DNA of 63,615 bases, filler included, from Octopus bimaculoides (GCF_001194135.2; 8 parts of 7 records of this genome joined end to end with filler, not necessarily neighbours in it), one strand, 5' to 3'; positions 1-12,985 are shown, numbered from the whole stretch's first letter. Notes: a model not told the origin generated them from the letters alone. A program made the numbers and translations.

Positions 1-8
1 TATATATA

Positions 9-61
<53 letters not shown>

Positions 62-100
62 GTGTAAAATGAGGCTTCTTATTCAGTCTTGTGGTGAGTT

Positions 101-1042
101 CTAGAAACAGACATTTTTTACAAGACCACAAACGCTAAACAATCTCTATTATTTAGCTGAGGTCACCCGAGACATATCAATACTAATATCTCCTTCAACC
201 TTGCAAGAAGGATTTGTATCATAATATCCGAAAAAAATACCAGAGAACTAAGACTGCAAGAGCTTAAAAATGTACTGCAGGACAGGCACTACCCAACTCA
301 ACTCGTAAATGAAGGAATTAAACTTGCAAAATCAATTGATATTAAAGCATTAAGAAAAGCCAAACACAACAACACATCTACCTTCAAAGCACTACCTTAT
401 ATCTCCACATACAACCTCAGAAACAGAGAAGTGTTCAATATCATCGTCCAAAATCTTCCAATACTCCATAGAAACCGCAAACTTAAAGAGATTCTATGTA
501 ACCATAAAATCATTAAGAGCAGCAAACAACCTGAAACATTGAAGAAAATTCTCACCAATACCAAACTATTCTCTAGAACAACGGACGCAAGAGTCGTAAA
601 GTGTGGTCACCCTAATTGCGAAATATATCCCAATCTGTTGGAAAGATCGGAATTCCATTTCAGACAAGGACAAATATTCAAGATCAAATCTAACTTCACT
701 TGCGCCACCCAAAACCTCATTTACATAATTAGATGCTCCGGATGCCATCGAAGTTATATTGGATCAACAGGAAGTTCGATCCAAAAGAGATGTATGATCC
801 ACAGACAACAAATTTCCTCCCCACAATATCGCCAAATATACCTCAGTCAACACATTGATGAATGTGCAGAACGATTACAACCACAATTCGAAATTTTCCC
901 ATTTTATCAACTTGCCTTCTGGACCTCAACACAAATAAGAATGAATAAAGAAGCCTCATCTATCCAAAAATATAAACCAGAATTAAATATGAAACCATAT
1001 TTCTCTACCTATATATATAATATGGGATGTTTTGGTATTTAG
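101..1042 (+). mobile_element. Penelope-like element, 5'-truncated: RT thumb + linker + GIY-YIG endonuclease (one in-frame TGA at 158-160)
   Basis: Frame from 101 reads LETDIFYKTTNAKQSLLFS*GHPRH (PLE TxVYxKPT..YL..SxHP motif) and continues in frame into ORF 431-1042, which has Cys linker KCGHPNCEIYP and GIY-YIG LIYIIRCSGCHRSYIGSTGSSIQKRCMIH. Confidence 0.9.
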
Positions 1043-1230
1043 AAGAACCAAAAGGCAGGTAAGGCTATATAAGTGCCACGGAAGGACCGCTGTTAAGCTC
1101 TCGGTTCAATAATAGCATGAGTGAGGAGTCTAAGGCAGGTCGTGTGTGATCGTGTATATATGTTAAATACAATAAGATAACAAGGTCAACGCAATTTCAT
1201 ATTCCTAGGACATTTATAAGTAGAAAGGTT

Positions 1231-1278
1231 GCATTACAACTGTTTCAGAGAAATGAATGGTATTCCATCAACAGAGAC
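1231..1278 (-). ncRNA. Degenerate hammerhead motif, mirror copy in left arm
   Basis: Minus strand GTCT-CTGTTGA-T-GGA..TCT-GAAA-CAGTTG-TA-ATGC: U4 kept, A6>U, stem I 3' strand decayed. Confidence 0.65.
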
Positions 1279-1438
1279 GAGCTAAATGAACTTCAATAGA
1301 AGGAATTAGTAGAGTTCAATCTTTTTAGAAGTTATTTTGAAGTGGGAGAGGGAGGAGGAGAGATATTTCTCCTCCTCCAGAATAACATCGAAAGAAATTG
1401 AATTCCACTAATTCCTTCTATTGAAGCTCTTTTAACTC

Positions 1439-1486
1439 GTCTCCGATGATGGGGTGTCATTTCTTTTCCCGAAACAGCTGTAAGAC
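1439..1486 (+). ncRNA. Minimal type I hammerhead ribozyme motif (one core substitution)
   Basis: GTCT-CCGATGA-T-GGG..CCC-GAAA-CAGCTG-TA-AGAC: stem I GTCT/AGAC, core CCGATGA (U4>C), stem II GGG/CCC, palindromic stem III ACAGCTGT, GUA triplet. Confidence 0.8.
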
Positions 1487-1552
1487 CACCTTTCTATTTA
1501 TAAATGTCCTAGGAATATCAAATTGTTTTGGTCTTGTTATCTTATTTTATTT

Positions 1553-1554
<2 letters not shown>

Positions 1555-1614
<60 letters not shown>

Positions 1615-1780
1615 TACACACACATATAAATACACATAGATACATATATATATATGTGTGTGTATATATACACTTCCATCCATGCACATACGCATATCCA
1701 CACATACACACGCAGACACACACACATATACATATATATATACACACACATAAACATACGCACATATATAAATATATATC
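1555..1780. repeat. (CA)n/(TA)n compound microsatellite
   Basis: Direct reading; explains the HT/CV/YI pseudo-ORFs here. Confidence 0.95.
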
Positions 1781-2102
1781 TAAAAATGTTTCTCTGTTTA
1801 CGCACATCTGAGATAAAGGCTGTCTCGCATCATATTGCTTCGCAGAAACTTAAATTTCCCATCTTTAATAGCATCTAACTAAATATATATTTCTCACACA
1901 CTTTGGCCCTGTATCTTATGAAATAACTTTCTTGAGGCAATCGCTTTCACCTTAGATCTCTCCAAGAGGTAAACATCGAATTCACACAACTCCTACAACG
2001 ATCTCAGCTGTGTAGATTTCTTTGTAGTTACGGTTACAGCAAATGCATTGATATATATTTTGTTTATTTACAGACCAAGACACTATTTCTTCGATTATTT
2101 TG

Positions 2103-2275
2103 TTATTGTTTAACCCCAGATGTTCTAATCGAAGACACCTATGATCAAAGATATCATATCCAGCTTTTGTATGTACATGACAAACTACATCGTCCAATAT
2201 ATTAGTATAATATAATTTAAGGGAGATTTGGTTGCCATTTCTAGTAGATCGAATGATTACAAAGAGTGGGTAACC
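2103..2275 (+). mobile_element. Unclassified dispersed repeat (family E), representative copy
   Basis: Motifs TTTAACCCCAG...CCTATGATCAAAG and GGGAGATTTGGyTGCyATTTCTAG recur near 4380, 5930, 15405, 15930(-), 22510(-), 23030(-), 28625, 48640. Confidence 0.6.
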
Positions 2276-2631
2276 TGCAGTCCATGGGATATTTGGAATG
2301 GCACGTCTAACGAAAAATTACCTTGAAATTTTTCAGTAGTGCGGCTCGCTTGATGACGAGCCATGTCTTATGTGGCCCGCCTGATAACAAGCCATATCTA
2401 TCTTATGCAACCCATTGGTAATAGAAAATGGCTGCCCATGCCTAGTAGAAGTCTCTCGTTGGCTCTCTTTCCTGACTGTATTCTACTCAAGTGTAGACAA
2501 AACCTGTAAGATGCCAACCATTTACTGTTTGTGAACGACAGAGATAGTTCAACGACAAACAGACATTTGAACAATTTTATTGTGATGATATTGTTTAACA
2601 CGACAAGAATCTAATAGCAGAAGTAAGAAGC

Positions 2632-2805
2632 GTAGAGCTGGCTGAATCGTTTGCATGTCGGGCAAGATGCTTAGCGGTATTTCGTCCATCTCTACGTTCT
2701 GAATTCAAATTCCGCCGAGGTTGACTTTGCCTGGCGTCCTTTCGAGGTTAATAAGATGAGTACCAATTGAACACATGTGCCAAAATTTGAAACCGATATC
2801 AGAAA
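2632..2805 (+). mobile_element. tRNA-derived SINE family A, tail type 2
   Basis: Head GAGCTGGCTGAATCGTT, B-box-like GAATTCAAATTCC, core GACTTTGCCT..TCCTTTCG, tail GTGCCAAAATTTGAAACC. Confidence 0.8.
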
Positions 2806-3184
2806 TGAGCCTGAATGCTGATTGACTTGGTTATATTTGGAAACATAGTTTCGCTGTGAAAACAGAACTGTTTTATAGTGGTTAGTCCCGGAGAAGTAGG
2901 GTTATATGTTCTCGTTCTTGTTGTTATTTAGCCGAACGTCAGTCTTGATAGAGCTGATAAACTTGATAAAAGGCATTTCAGGCATGATCAGCCTACTAGA
3001 AATAACAGCTAAATTTTCCCGAGTAGCTTGCTACCGTCCAAGAAGTACATATAGGACAATTTAGTTCTAGAAATAATGCCTAAATAATTGCATTTGATTA
3101 CATGCCTGCTCAGTTGTGGTTGACCTAAAGTTATTTTTTTCTCGACTCATAATTACTATTCTAAAATGAGTATCTTATATCTTT

Positions 3185-3362
3185 TGTTTGTTTCAGTCAT
3201 TGGACTGTGCCCATGCTGGAACACCATCTTAAAGAGTTTTAGTCAAACAACTCGGCTCCACTACTTATTTTTGTAAAGTCTAGCACATATTCTATGGATC
3301 TCTTTTGCTGAACTGCTTAGTTACGGTATGTAAACATATCAATACCGGTGGAGGACAAACAC
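3185..3362 (+). mobile_element. SINE-like family D
   Basis: CAGTCATTGGACTGTGCCCATGCTGG...TTTTGCTGAACTGCTTAGTTACGG; homologous copies at 17680, 18958, 24285-24935, 36645, 57758. Confidence 0.7.
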
Positions 3363-3384
3363 ACACACACACACTCAACATTCT

Positions 3385-3596
3385 TTTCTACTCTAGGCAC
3401 AAAGCCCGTAATTTTTGGTAAGGGGGCCAGTCGATTAGACAGACCGTAGTACACAACTGGTACTTAATTTATCGACCCCGAAAGGATGAAAAGAAAAGTT
3501 GACCTCGGCTGAATTTGAACTCAGATCGTAAAGACAGACGAAATACCACTAAGCATTTCGGCCGGCGTGCTAACGTTTCTGCCAGCTCGCCGCCTT
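3385..3596 (-). mobile_element. SINE family A, tail type 3
   Basis: Reverse complement reads GGCGGCGAGCTGGCAGAAACGTTAGC...GAGTTCAAATTC...TTCATCCTTTCGGGGTCGATAAA...TGTGCCTAGAGTAGAAAAGAA. Confidence 0.9.
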
Positions 3597-4626
3597 TCAA
3601 CGCACCTAATGTTGTTATACTAAATGATAAATATCCGAGTAAAAGACGGGATGGTCAGATTTAAACCAATGTTTGATCATAGGTTTGTTCAATCAAACTT
3701 GACCTGAAACGAAGCAGTAATTCGCAAATATATCTAATCTTAGTGAGCAGACAAATTGACAATACGAACATTTTCAAAAAATTCTTGTCAGTCAGAAAAT
3801 AGATAAAATCACAGAAAACAAATAAACTTGAGCTGTCTATAAGAAAGTTGTTTATATGTGGCATATCACAGAATGCGAAATTACAGCTAAAATAATAGAA
3901 ACTAGCAGAGAACATGGGAAAATGGGAGTGTTGTCTCTTCCAGATGTCGACTGTCTGCTGCTGAGAAATATTAAAGAATGAGGAAGTTTGGCGGGTAGAA
4001 CGATAGTCTGTTGTTGTCGTTGCTGGTAATGGTGTCGGCGTTTTACATGTTTTTTAAACTCCATGCCAACTTTGCCAAACTAGACCCCTGATCAAAGGCA
4101 TTCCACCCATGACTATTCCGTATTCATCACTCAGTCATTGCTTATTTTGGACCACACATATTCAATATATGCCATCCATTCTCGTGACTGAAGAGTGTAA
4201 TTTTAGGGAGAGCAAAAAGACATTTTGATTTTGCTCTTGTTTTGTTTCAAGTCAAATCCAAAGCGACTTATTAAAATTGTTCTAACCAAGACCATTTCGT
4301 TATTTTTTTGGAAGTAGCATATCTAGAAGTACGTTAACCAATGTGCCCCCACCTTTTCAAATCGGTAGCGTAATTCGGAGGATATTTAGCTACTATTTCT
4401 AGGAAGTTAGGAGACCACATAGAGGGTCCCTCGTTGACTCGTTTTCGTTTTGATTTGGAGAAAAAGTGCACTGGAATTTTTCGGTTTAATATGCAATTTT
4501 TTTGTGTGATAAGAATCTATATATCTATCTATCTATCTATCTATCTGTCTGTCTATCTATCATAATACAAAACTAAAAAATACATACATCCAGTCATACG
4601 TACATACATACATACACGCACATACG

Positions 4627-4682
<56 letters not shown>

Positions 4683-4792
4683 AAGCAAACAGTCGGATCA
4701 CTTAAACCGGAATACTATAAGTAAACTAGGAACCGGTTGTGTAATGCAACAACGTCTGTTCGGGCTTCAAAGTACGAAGTCTGAGATATCAT

Positions 4793-5258
4793 TCTTTTCT
4801 ACTCTAGGCACAAGGCCCGAAATTTTTGGGGAGGTGGGGTNNNNNNNNNNNNNNNNNNNNNNNNNNNNNNNNNNNNNNNNNNNNNNNNNNNNNNNNNNNN
4901 NNNNNNNNNNNNNNNNNNNNNNNNNNNNNNNNNNNNNNNNNNNNNNNNNNNNNNNNNNNNNNACTGGTACTTAATTCATCGACCCCGAAAGGATGAAAGG
5001 CAAAGTCGACCTCAGCGGAATTTGAACTCAGAACGTAAAGACAGCGTGCTACACACAGAGGGGACAAACAAGGACAGACAAACGGATTAAGTCGATTATA
5101 TCGACTCCAATGCGTAACTGGTACTTAATTCATCGACCCCGAAAGGATGAAAGGCAAAGTCGACCTCAGCGGAATTTGAACCCAGAACGTAACGGCAGAC
5201 GAAATACCGCTAAGCATTTCGCTCGGCGTGGTAACGTTTCTGCCAGCTCGTCGCCTTA
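4793..5258 (-). mobile_element. Nested or tandem SINE family A copies (tail 3 copy split by a gap, plus full tail 1 copy 5050-5258)
   Basis: CGACCCCGAAAGGATGAAAGGCAAAGTCGACCTC occurs twice (4980, 5134). Confidence 0.85.
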
Positions 5259-5577
5259 GTCTGAGATATTATTGTTGCTGTCGGTTTGTATCCCAATGTC
5301 ATAGGTTTCCTTTGATTGTGAAGACCTATCATAACGAGCTTTTCTTCCGTTTATATCCCATATTTTCTTCTTTAATCAGACATTGAAACTAAATTATGCA
5401 ATGTAGCATATCATTTTAAAGCGTCACTGAAGTTTTTGATGTCGTGCTGCAGTAGAGATTAAAAATATTTTTTCTGAAATACTTCGCAAGGAAACAAATT
5501 TATATTTTAAAATGAAACATTAGAAAAATATATAAACTTGTCTTGTTTTAATAATCATACTTTATGTAACAACTATT

Positions 5578-5768
5578 GGTTTCAAATTTTAGCACAAAGG
5601 GAGGGAGGAAGTCAACTACATCGACCACAGTACTCAGCTGGTACTATTTTATCGACCCCGAAAGGTTGAAAGGCCATAGCAACCTTGGCGGGATTTGTAC
5701 TCTTGATGTAAAGACAGACGAAATACCGCTAAGCATTTTGTGCAGAGTGCTAACGATTCTGCCAGCGC
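5578..5768 (-). mobile_element. SINE family A, tail type 2, diverged
   Basis: TTGGTTTCAAATTTTAGCACAA tail and ATCGACCCCGAAAGGTTGAAAGG core. Confidence 0.8.
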
Positions 5769-6002
5769 GCGATCTTGCATGTAATAATTATTAATAACAC
5801 ATTCGTTTTTGTAAAGGCATTTAAGTTTTAGTATGGATTTTCAAAAACCTTGAATTAAAAATTTAAAAATGCATGTCACTTCTAGAAGCTCTTTACGGCA
5901 GCATACCATTTCAGAACTATTATGAGGTGTGATTTGAGAGATATTCGACTGCTTAGGCTCGCAGCTCAAGCAAACACTCATAGGTGTTCCCACGTTATGT
6001 AT

Positions 6003-6033
<31 letters not shown>

Positions 6034-6580
6034 TTAGTTGAAACAATCAGAAAGTATTTATTGTCTCAGCCAACCTCGAAAACAAATGTGAATATATACG
6101 AATATTCTAGAAGAATATGCGTGTATATGTGAATATTTTAGAAATTTATACTTTAAAAAAGAACTGATAGTGTTTCTTTATGCTTTATGTAATATTTTAT
6201 ATTTTGTTAATAGAGTGACTGAAGGAAAATACCACATAAGAACGTTCTGCCTACTAAATATGAATACGGTTAGGGTCTCTGATACGTAATAAGAGTTACA
6301 AAATATCTTTTATGAGCTGAGATGATCCAAGTGATTAGACAAATACACATTATATAACATGTGCCAAATTTTATCGCATTTCTCCCTTGTTGTTTCTATT
6401 CTATGACGTCACGCTTACTATGACCAATCTAAGGCTTTGATCTTCCTTCTACTCTCAGATCCATCAAGAGAGCTATCTATTCGTTGATTATACTATGTGG
6501 CTAAGTATTCTATATACGTATTTGCCGTTAAAGTTGACGTTAAGGATGATAGTATATAGAATGCTATTAACGTTAACCGT

Positions 6581-6890
6581 GAAGCCGCGTGGTTTAGTGG
6601 TTACGACATTTGGCTCAAGATCGTGAGTTCAGTTCCCAGCAGCGCGTTGTGTCCTTAAACAAGACATTTTATTTCACATTGCTCTAGTCTACTCAGCTGG
6701 CAAAAATGAGTTGTATCTGTAATTCAGAAGGCCAGTATTGTCACATTCTGTGTCACACTGAATCTCCTTGAGATTTACGTTAATGGTACGCGTATTTGTG
6801 GAGTGCTCAGCCACTTACACGTTAATCTCACGAGCAGGCTGTTCCGTTCATCGGACAACAGGACACTCGTCGTAATTGACGGAATTCCAG
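6581..6890 (+). mobile_element. tRNA-derived SINE family B' (CORE-like central region)
   Basis: A-box-like GTGGTTTAGTGG, B-box-like GAGTTCAGTTCC, GTGTCCTTAAACAAGACA, shared tail GTGGAGTGCTCAGCCACTT..CGTTAAT.TCACGAGCAGGCTGTTCCGTT. Confidence 0.85.
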
Positions 6891-8514
6891 GCCTAACCTT
6901 AATGTCAGGCAAAATGAGTGGATGAAATCAGCTTTACTATGTAAAACCCCACATGCAACCTATAGATTTTTTATGACAGGTATGCACTATTTGAGAGAAC
7001 ATAAGCTTTGAAAATACACTCCCACGGGGACATGCATCCTAGCCTCTTTCAGCAGTATTCAATCAGAATCACTACATATGTCAAGGGAACACATTTCTTC
7101 AGTGCATTAGTTAATGACGAACAACATGCTAATAAAACTCACAGTCATTACAAATTTTGATCAACCCTCATCGTAAACTGATATAACATAAGACTACTTC
7201 AAGGATCAATCTTCTACTGTAATGATTTTGCTGCCATACAGAACTTCATTAAATCCACAATAAAACACTGTTTATACTGTTAAGCTACAAACCTCTGAGG
7301 TCGAATTTAGAAGATGTATTGATTATTCTCACTATTTCTTCTTCGATCTACAATGGTTTCGGTCTCTCCTATCTAACTACATGTATACATTTTTAGACCC
7401 ATATTTCTCTTCTCCTGTTACACTTACTTTTCTTTTCACCACCAGGAAGCTACTTCAAATAATTTATCAATATTTCCTCCTCAGAGCGGCAAATCAATGA
7501 ATTTCAGCAGATGTGGGCACTTCCTGTAAAAATTTAACATCAATAAGGGAAAAAGCAAATCCGAATTTCAATTCATACCTGTAACCGCTGATTTTAGGCA
7601 TATAAAAAGAACATATAAGAAGAAATCTTCAAATGCAATTTGCAAGCAAAACAAAAGAATTTACAAAGCGTTTCTAAAGTTTAGTTATGTAATTATTTAC
7701 TATTGTCACTGCTTAAACTCCAGTCCCTAAATGAATGAATTCAATGAATTAAAAATGAAAGGAAACTCATATCAACACAAACGTTTATACATACCCCCCC
7801 CCTTATACATAGCAGTATGTATGTATTTTATATATANNNNNNNNNNNNNNNNNNNNNNNNNNNNNNNNNNNNNNNNNNNNNNNNNNNNNNNNNNNNNNNN
7901 NNNNNNNNNNNNNNNNNNNNNNNNNNNNNNNNNNNNNNNNNNNNNNNNNNNNNNNNNNNNNNNNNNNNNNNNNNNNNNNNNNNNNNNNNNNNNNNNNNNN
8001 NNNNNNNNNNNNNNNNNNNNNNNNNNNNNNNNNNNNNNNNNNNNNNNNNNNNNNNNNNNNNNNNNNNNNNNNNNNNNNNNNNNNNNNNNNNNNNNNNNNN
8101 NNNNNNNNNNNNNNNNNNNNNNNNNNNNNNNNNNNNNNNNNNNNNNNNNNNNNNNNNNNNNNNNNNNNNNNNNNNNNNNNNNNNNNNNNNNNNNNNNNNN
8201 NNNNNNNNNNNNNNNNNNNNNNNNNNNNNNNNNNNNNNNNNNNNNNNNNNNNNNNNNNNNNNNNNNNNNNNNNNNNNNNNNNNNNNNNNNNNNNNNNNNN
8301 NNNNNNNNNNNNNNNNNNNNNNNNNNNNNNNNNNNNNNNNNNNNNNNNNNNNNNNNNNNNNNNNNNNNNNNNNNNNNNNNNNNNNNNNNNNNNNNNNNNN
8401 NNNNNNNNNNNNNNNNNNNNNNNNNNNNNNNNNNNNNNNNNNNNNNNNNNNNNNNNNNNNNNNNNNNNNNNNNNNNNNNNNNNNNNNNNNNNNNNNNNNN
8501 NNNNNNNNNNNNNC

Positions 8515-8860
8515 CATATGTATATTATTACATATCTCTCCCGCCTGCGCTCCAGGGAGTAGAGACCTAGTGCCTTCAGTCGCTCCCTGTAGTTCATCTG
8601 TTGGACTGTGGCGATCTTTTTTGTATAGTGCTGCTGAATTGCCTTGAGTTCTGCTGTCCGCTTAACATTGTGTGGTGACCACAACTGAGAGCAATAGTCT
8701 AGGCGGCTCAGAACAAATGTCTTCCATAGAGTCAACATGACCTTTTGATCCCTTGTACGGAATGTCCTCAGTATCCACCCTGCCAGTTGTCTGCACTTTG
8801 CTGTCAACTTGACAATTAGCACCTCCAGCTGCTAATCAATGCAATCTGCACCCAGTATAT
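8515..8860 (-). mobile_element. CR1-like LINE, C-terminal RT fragment
   Basis: GWILRTFRTRD..VMLTLWKTFVLSRLDYCSQLWSPH...LYSLERRRERYVIIYIW is the typical CR1/L2 ORF2 tail; runs into a gap. Confidence 0.9.
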
Positions 8861-9286
8861 ATTGCAAGCAAGGGAGCAAACCCTTACCATCTTCTAGTAG
8901 ACGACGGGAACACCAGACCGAACAGCTTCGGGCTATTTGTGCCTATCGTCAGTAGTGAATATCTGGCCGCTAGAGATAGCAGGAATTTGCCCCAGTTCGC
9001 GAGGAATAGAAAAACCAAGCGATAATGAGTCACTGATCTTGCAACGAGCAAAGTAGGTGGTCAGAAAATCTTAGTAAAAGAATGAATGAACATACGTTAA
9101 TGCATAAAAATACGAGCAACAGGTACTAAATATAAAATGTAGGCTAATATGAGATTTAGCAGAATTTCAAACTTTACTAGTATAGGTTTTGTTTGTAAGG
9201 TAAAACAGTATACACACACACACACGCACACACTACATATGTCTATATGCACACATATATGCGTATAATTTTATGTCTGTCTATCT

Positions 9287-9317
<31 letters not shown>

Positions 9318-9320
9318 TCT

Positions 9321-9368
<48 letters not shown>

Positions 9369-10567
9369 ATATATGTATATATATTAACCGACCTACTTAT
9401 ATTTGTACGTATATCAACCTACCTACCTATATATATGTGTGTTTCTCTGTGTGTGTTTCTGAGTGCGTGTGTGCGTGTGTGTTTCTGTGTGATGTGTGTG
9501 CGTACGTGTGTGTGAGATAGAGAAAGAGAGAGCAAAAGGGAGACATAAGCATGTATGAGTAAGAGTGTGTTTGTGCAATGTAGATTTATGTAAATAGTAA
9601 TTAGAAATTAACCCTTGCTGCTTAACGTATACGCAGTGAATAATCAGCATATATTAACAAAAAAGTTAAAATTTTTAAACAAAAACAGATGAACACAACA
9701 ATTATTAAGTGAATATATCACAAATTACACAAATTATCCATCATTTGAAATGTTTGTTTATTAATCATTTGAAAGATAGATATTCAAGATCTCCTCCACC
9801 ATCATTTCACCCCTCACTCCAGTAGGTTGCAAGTATTTATTTATTTAATGTTATATTGCAACCAAAAGTATAGCCTGGATGTCAGCAAGACACGATATAT
9901 ATTACAGCTTATAAATGATTCAGTTAAGCAAATTTAATCAATTCAATCAAGCTTTAAATACGAAAGATTCTCAACCTTTGTCAAATGTAGATCTACATGC
10001 AAATAGAAGTGCCAGCAAGAACGCACCTTACCACCAACCATCACCATTCACACTTTGCCGCCTCTTGCCGTTCACCATTTTTTCTCTAAATTGAAATACG
10101 TTATATGTCAAGTCGGTTTAAAATAAAATATAAATAATTGAGTAAAATAAAAGAAAAATAAATAATTATGAACAACAAAAAAAAAAGACTATTTTATTAG
10201 GCCTACCTCTTGCGTAATAAACAGGCGAGGAAGATATAACTTATATGGAGAATACAGCAATTAATTACATTCATATATTCAGTTGATGAGTAGGAAACAA
10301 AGAAGTACACNNNNNNNNNNNNNNNNNNNNNNNNNNNNNNNNNNNNNNNNNNNNNNNNNNNNNNNNNNNNNNNNNNNNNNNNNNNNNNNNNNNNNNNNNN
10401 NNNNNNNNNNNNNNNNNNNNNNNNNNNNNNNNNNNNNNNNNNNNNNNNNNNNNNNNNNNNNNNNNNNNNNNNNNNNNNNNNNNNNNNNNNNNNNNNNNNN
10501 NNNNNNNNNNNNNNNNNNNNNNNNNNNNNNNNNNNNNNNNNNNNNNNNNNNNNNNNNNNNNNNNNNN

Positions 10568-10960
10568 TATATATATATATGTCTGTGTATGTGTATGTGT
10601 GTGTATGTGTGTGTGTATGTGTGTGTGTATGTGTGTGTGTATGTGTGTGTATGTGTGTGTGTATGTGTGTGTGTTTGTGTGTGTGTATGTATGTGTATAT
10701 ATATACATATATATACATATATATACACATACATACATGTATATATACATATATGTATATATATATACACACATATATATATATTTATGTTTATCTGTAT
10801 GTATGTGCAAGTATATATACAAATATATATATATATCCATATATATGTACATATATATCGATGTATATATATATATGTATATATATATACTTGCACATAC
10901 CACATACATACAGATAAACATAAATATTTGTGTGTATACATACATACATACATACATACA

Positions 10961-10996
<36 letters not shown>

Positions 10997-11000
10997 TATA
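10568..11000. repeat. Compound (TG)/(TA)/(CATA) microsatellite island between gaps
   Basis: Direct reading. Confidence 0.9.
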
Positions 11001-11545
11001 NNNNNNNNNNNNNNNNNNNNNNNNNNNNNNNNNNNNNNNNNNNNNNNNNNNNNNNNNNNNNNNNNNNNNNNNNNNNNNNNNNNNNNNNNNNNNNNNNNNN
11101 NNNNNNNNNNNNNNNNNNNNNNNNNNNNNNNNNNNNNNNNNNNNNNNNNNNNNNNNNNNNNNNNNNNNNNNNNNNNNNNNNNNNNNNNNNNNNNNNNNNN
11201 NNNNNNNNNNNNNNNNNNNNNNNNNNNNNNNNNNNNNNNNNNNNNNNNNNNNNNNNNNNNNNNNNNNNNNNNNNNNNNNNNNNNNNNNNNNNNNNNNNNN
11301 NNNNNNNNNNNNNNNNNNNNNNNNNNNNNNNNNNNNNNNNNNNNNNNNNNNNNNNNNNNNNNNNNNNNNNNNNNNNNNNNNNNNNNNNNNNNNNNNNNNN
11401 NNNNNNNNNNNNNNNNNNNNNNNNNNNNNNNNNNNNNNNNNNNNNNNNNNNNNNNNNNNNNNNNNNNNNNNNNNNNNNNNNNNNNNNNNNNNNNNNNNNN
11501 NNNNNNNNNNNNNNNNNNNNNNNNNNNNNNNNNNNNNNNNNNNNN

Positions 11546-11897
11546 AGAGAGAAAGAAAGAGTGAGAAAGGAGAAAAAGGAAGAAGAAGAGAGGACTAGGA
11601 GAAACTGAATGAAGAGGATAGAGAGATTAAAAGGGTAAGAGAGCATGGGATAGTACAGGATGAAGTATAAACAACTAGCCAAGAGCACACTGATCTTGTG
11701 GGTTTGTTGGATTAAAGGGAAGAGAAAGCGCGCGAGAGAGATAGAGAGAGGGAGAGAGAGAGAGATAGAGGAGGAGGAGGAGGAAGGGGAAGGAGAAAGA
11801 AGAGAGAAGAGAGATGAAGGAGTAGACGATGAACATGATGACGACGACGACGACGACGATGATGATGATGATGATGATGAAGTAGAAGATGATGAAG

Positions 11898-11928
<31 letters not shown>

Positions 11929-12088
11929 GGATGATGACGAAGAAGAAGAAGATGATGATGATGATGAGGAGGAGGAGGAGAATGGAGAAGAAAAAGAACA
12001 ATAGCAAAGCATCATAGATAATGATGATGATGATGAAGATGATGATGATGATGAAGATGATGATGATGATAATGAAGACAAAGAATAA

Positions 12089-12134
<46 letters not shown>

Positions 12135-12170
12135 ATGATGAGCAACAACAACAACAACAACAACACATAA
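11546..12170. repeat. Low-complexity (GA)n/(GAG)/(GAA)/(GAT)n/(CAA)n tract
   Basis: Direct reading; source of the poly-D/E/S pseudo-ORFs. Confidence 0.9.
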
Positions 12171-12498
12171 AAATTTCGGTTATTTGAATTACGCCTCCAT
12201 GCAGTCACCACATCAGGAAAATAAACAAAATACAAGTAAACATCACCGAATATTAAAAGATCAATGAACATTGATAAATGTTTTGAAATGAGTTGAAATG
12301 ATTAATTACAAACAAGAAAGTAGCAAAATGTAAACCTCGCAAATTGCTATTCTTCTGTTCGGGAGCTGAGTTGAAAGTAAGGAGCCCCTTTCAAACACGC
12401 ATACACAGTCCTGTTATCATCAACAAGATGTACATTTTTCCTGCCATTTATTAATAAGGAAGAACGCACACACATATACATCGCTTTCTCTCTCTCTG

Positions 12499-12573
<75 letters not shown>

Positions 12574-12584
12574 GTCTGAAGTTA

Positions 12585-12985
12585 ATCTTCAGGTCGTTTG
12601 GGCAATGCTGGCGGTATATTACTCCACATAATGCAAATGATGTACCGCTCGCGGCGGTGCTGGCGAGACTAGAGTTTGAAGGCTTTAAGGCGGTACCAGT
12701 AATCGAGATTATTCATGCCCTTAATTCGTTTATTGAATGCCCTTTGGGGTGAGTCAATTTTCGAGATGTTTTGTATTGTATGGGGAGCAGCAGTATTCGA
12801 GGTGTGGCCGTACAAAGGAGGAGAAAAGTGGAATGATGACACCTTGTTCTCTTAAGTTCCAGGAGCTCATCCTACGACCTATATCAACCTTGTTGTTGAT
12901 GTGGGCACTCCAACTGAAATTGTTATCAATGATTACATCTAGGTCTCTGATATTAGGTGCTGTGAGCGGATCTTTATGGTTTGAC
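12585..12985 (-). mobile_element. CR1-like LINE RT C-terminal fragment, degraded
   Basis: Minus strand reads RDLDVIIDNNFSWSAHIN...FVRPHLEYC.. then, after a frameshift, QRAFNKRIKGMNNLDYWYRLKAFKL*SRQHRRERYII. Confidence 0.85.

Larger units (their letters stand above)
1199..1518. repeat. Fold-back (inverted) repeat, ~150-160 bp arms, probable inverted PLE pseudo-LTR pair
   Basis: ATATTCCTAGGACATTTATAA (1199) is the reverse complement of TTATAAATGTCCTAGGAATAT (ends 1518). Similarity runs to the centre GGAGGAGGAGA-gatatt-TCTCCTCCTCC (1351-1378). Confidence 0.9.

Noticed and set aside
6404-6430. TGACGTCA plus CCAAT as a promoter
   Set aside because: No TATA or Inr context, and both motifs are expected by chance at this length.
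11660-12004. Acidic 114-aa ORF (poly-E/D)
   Set aside because: Entirely GAR/GAY simple repeat in a low-complexity tract; no conserved flank.
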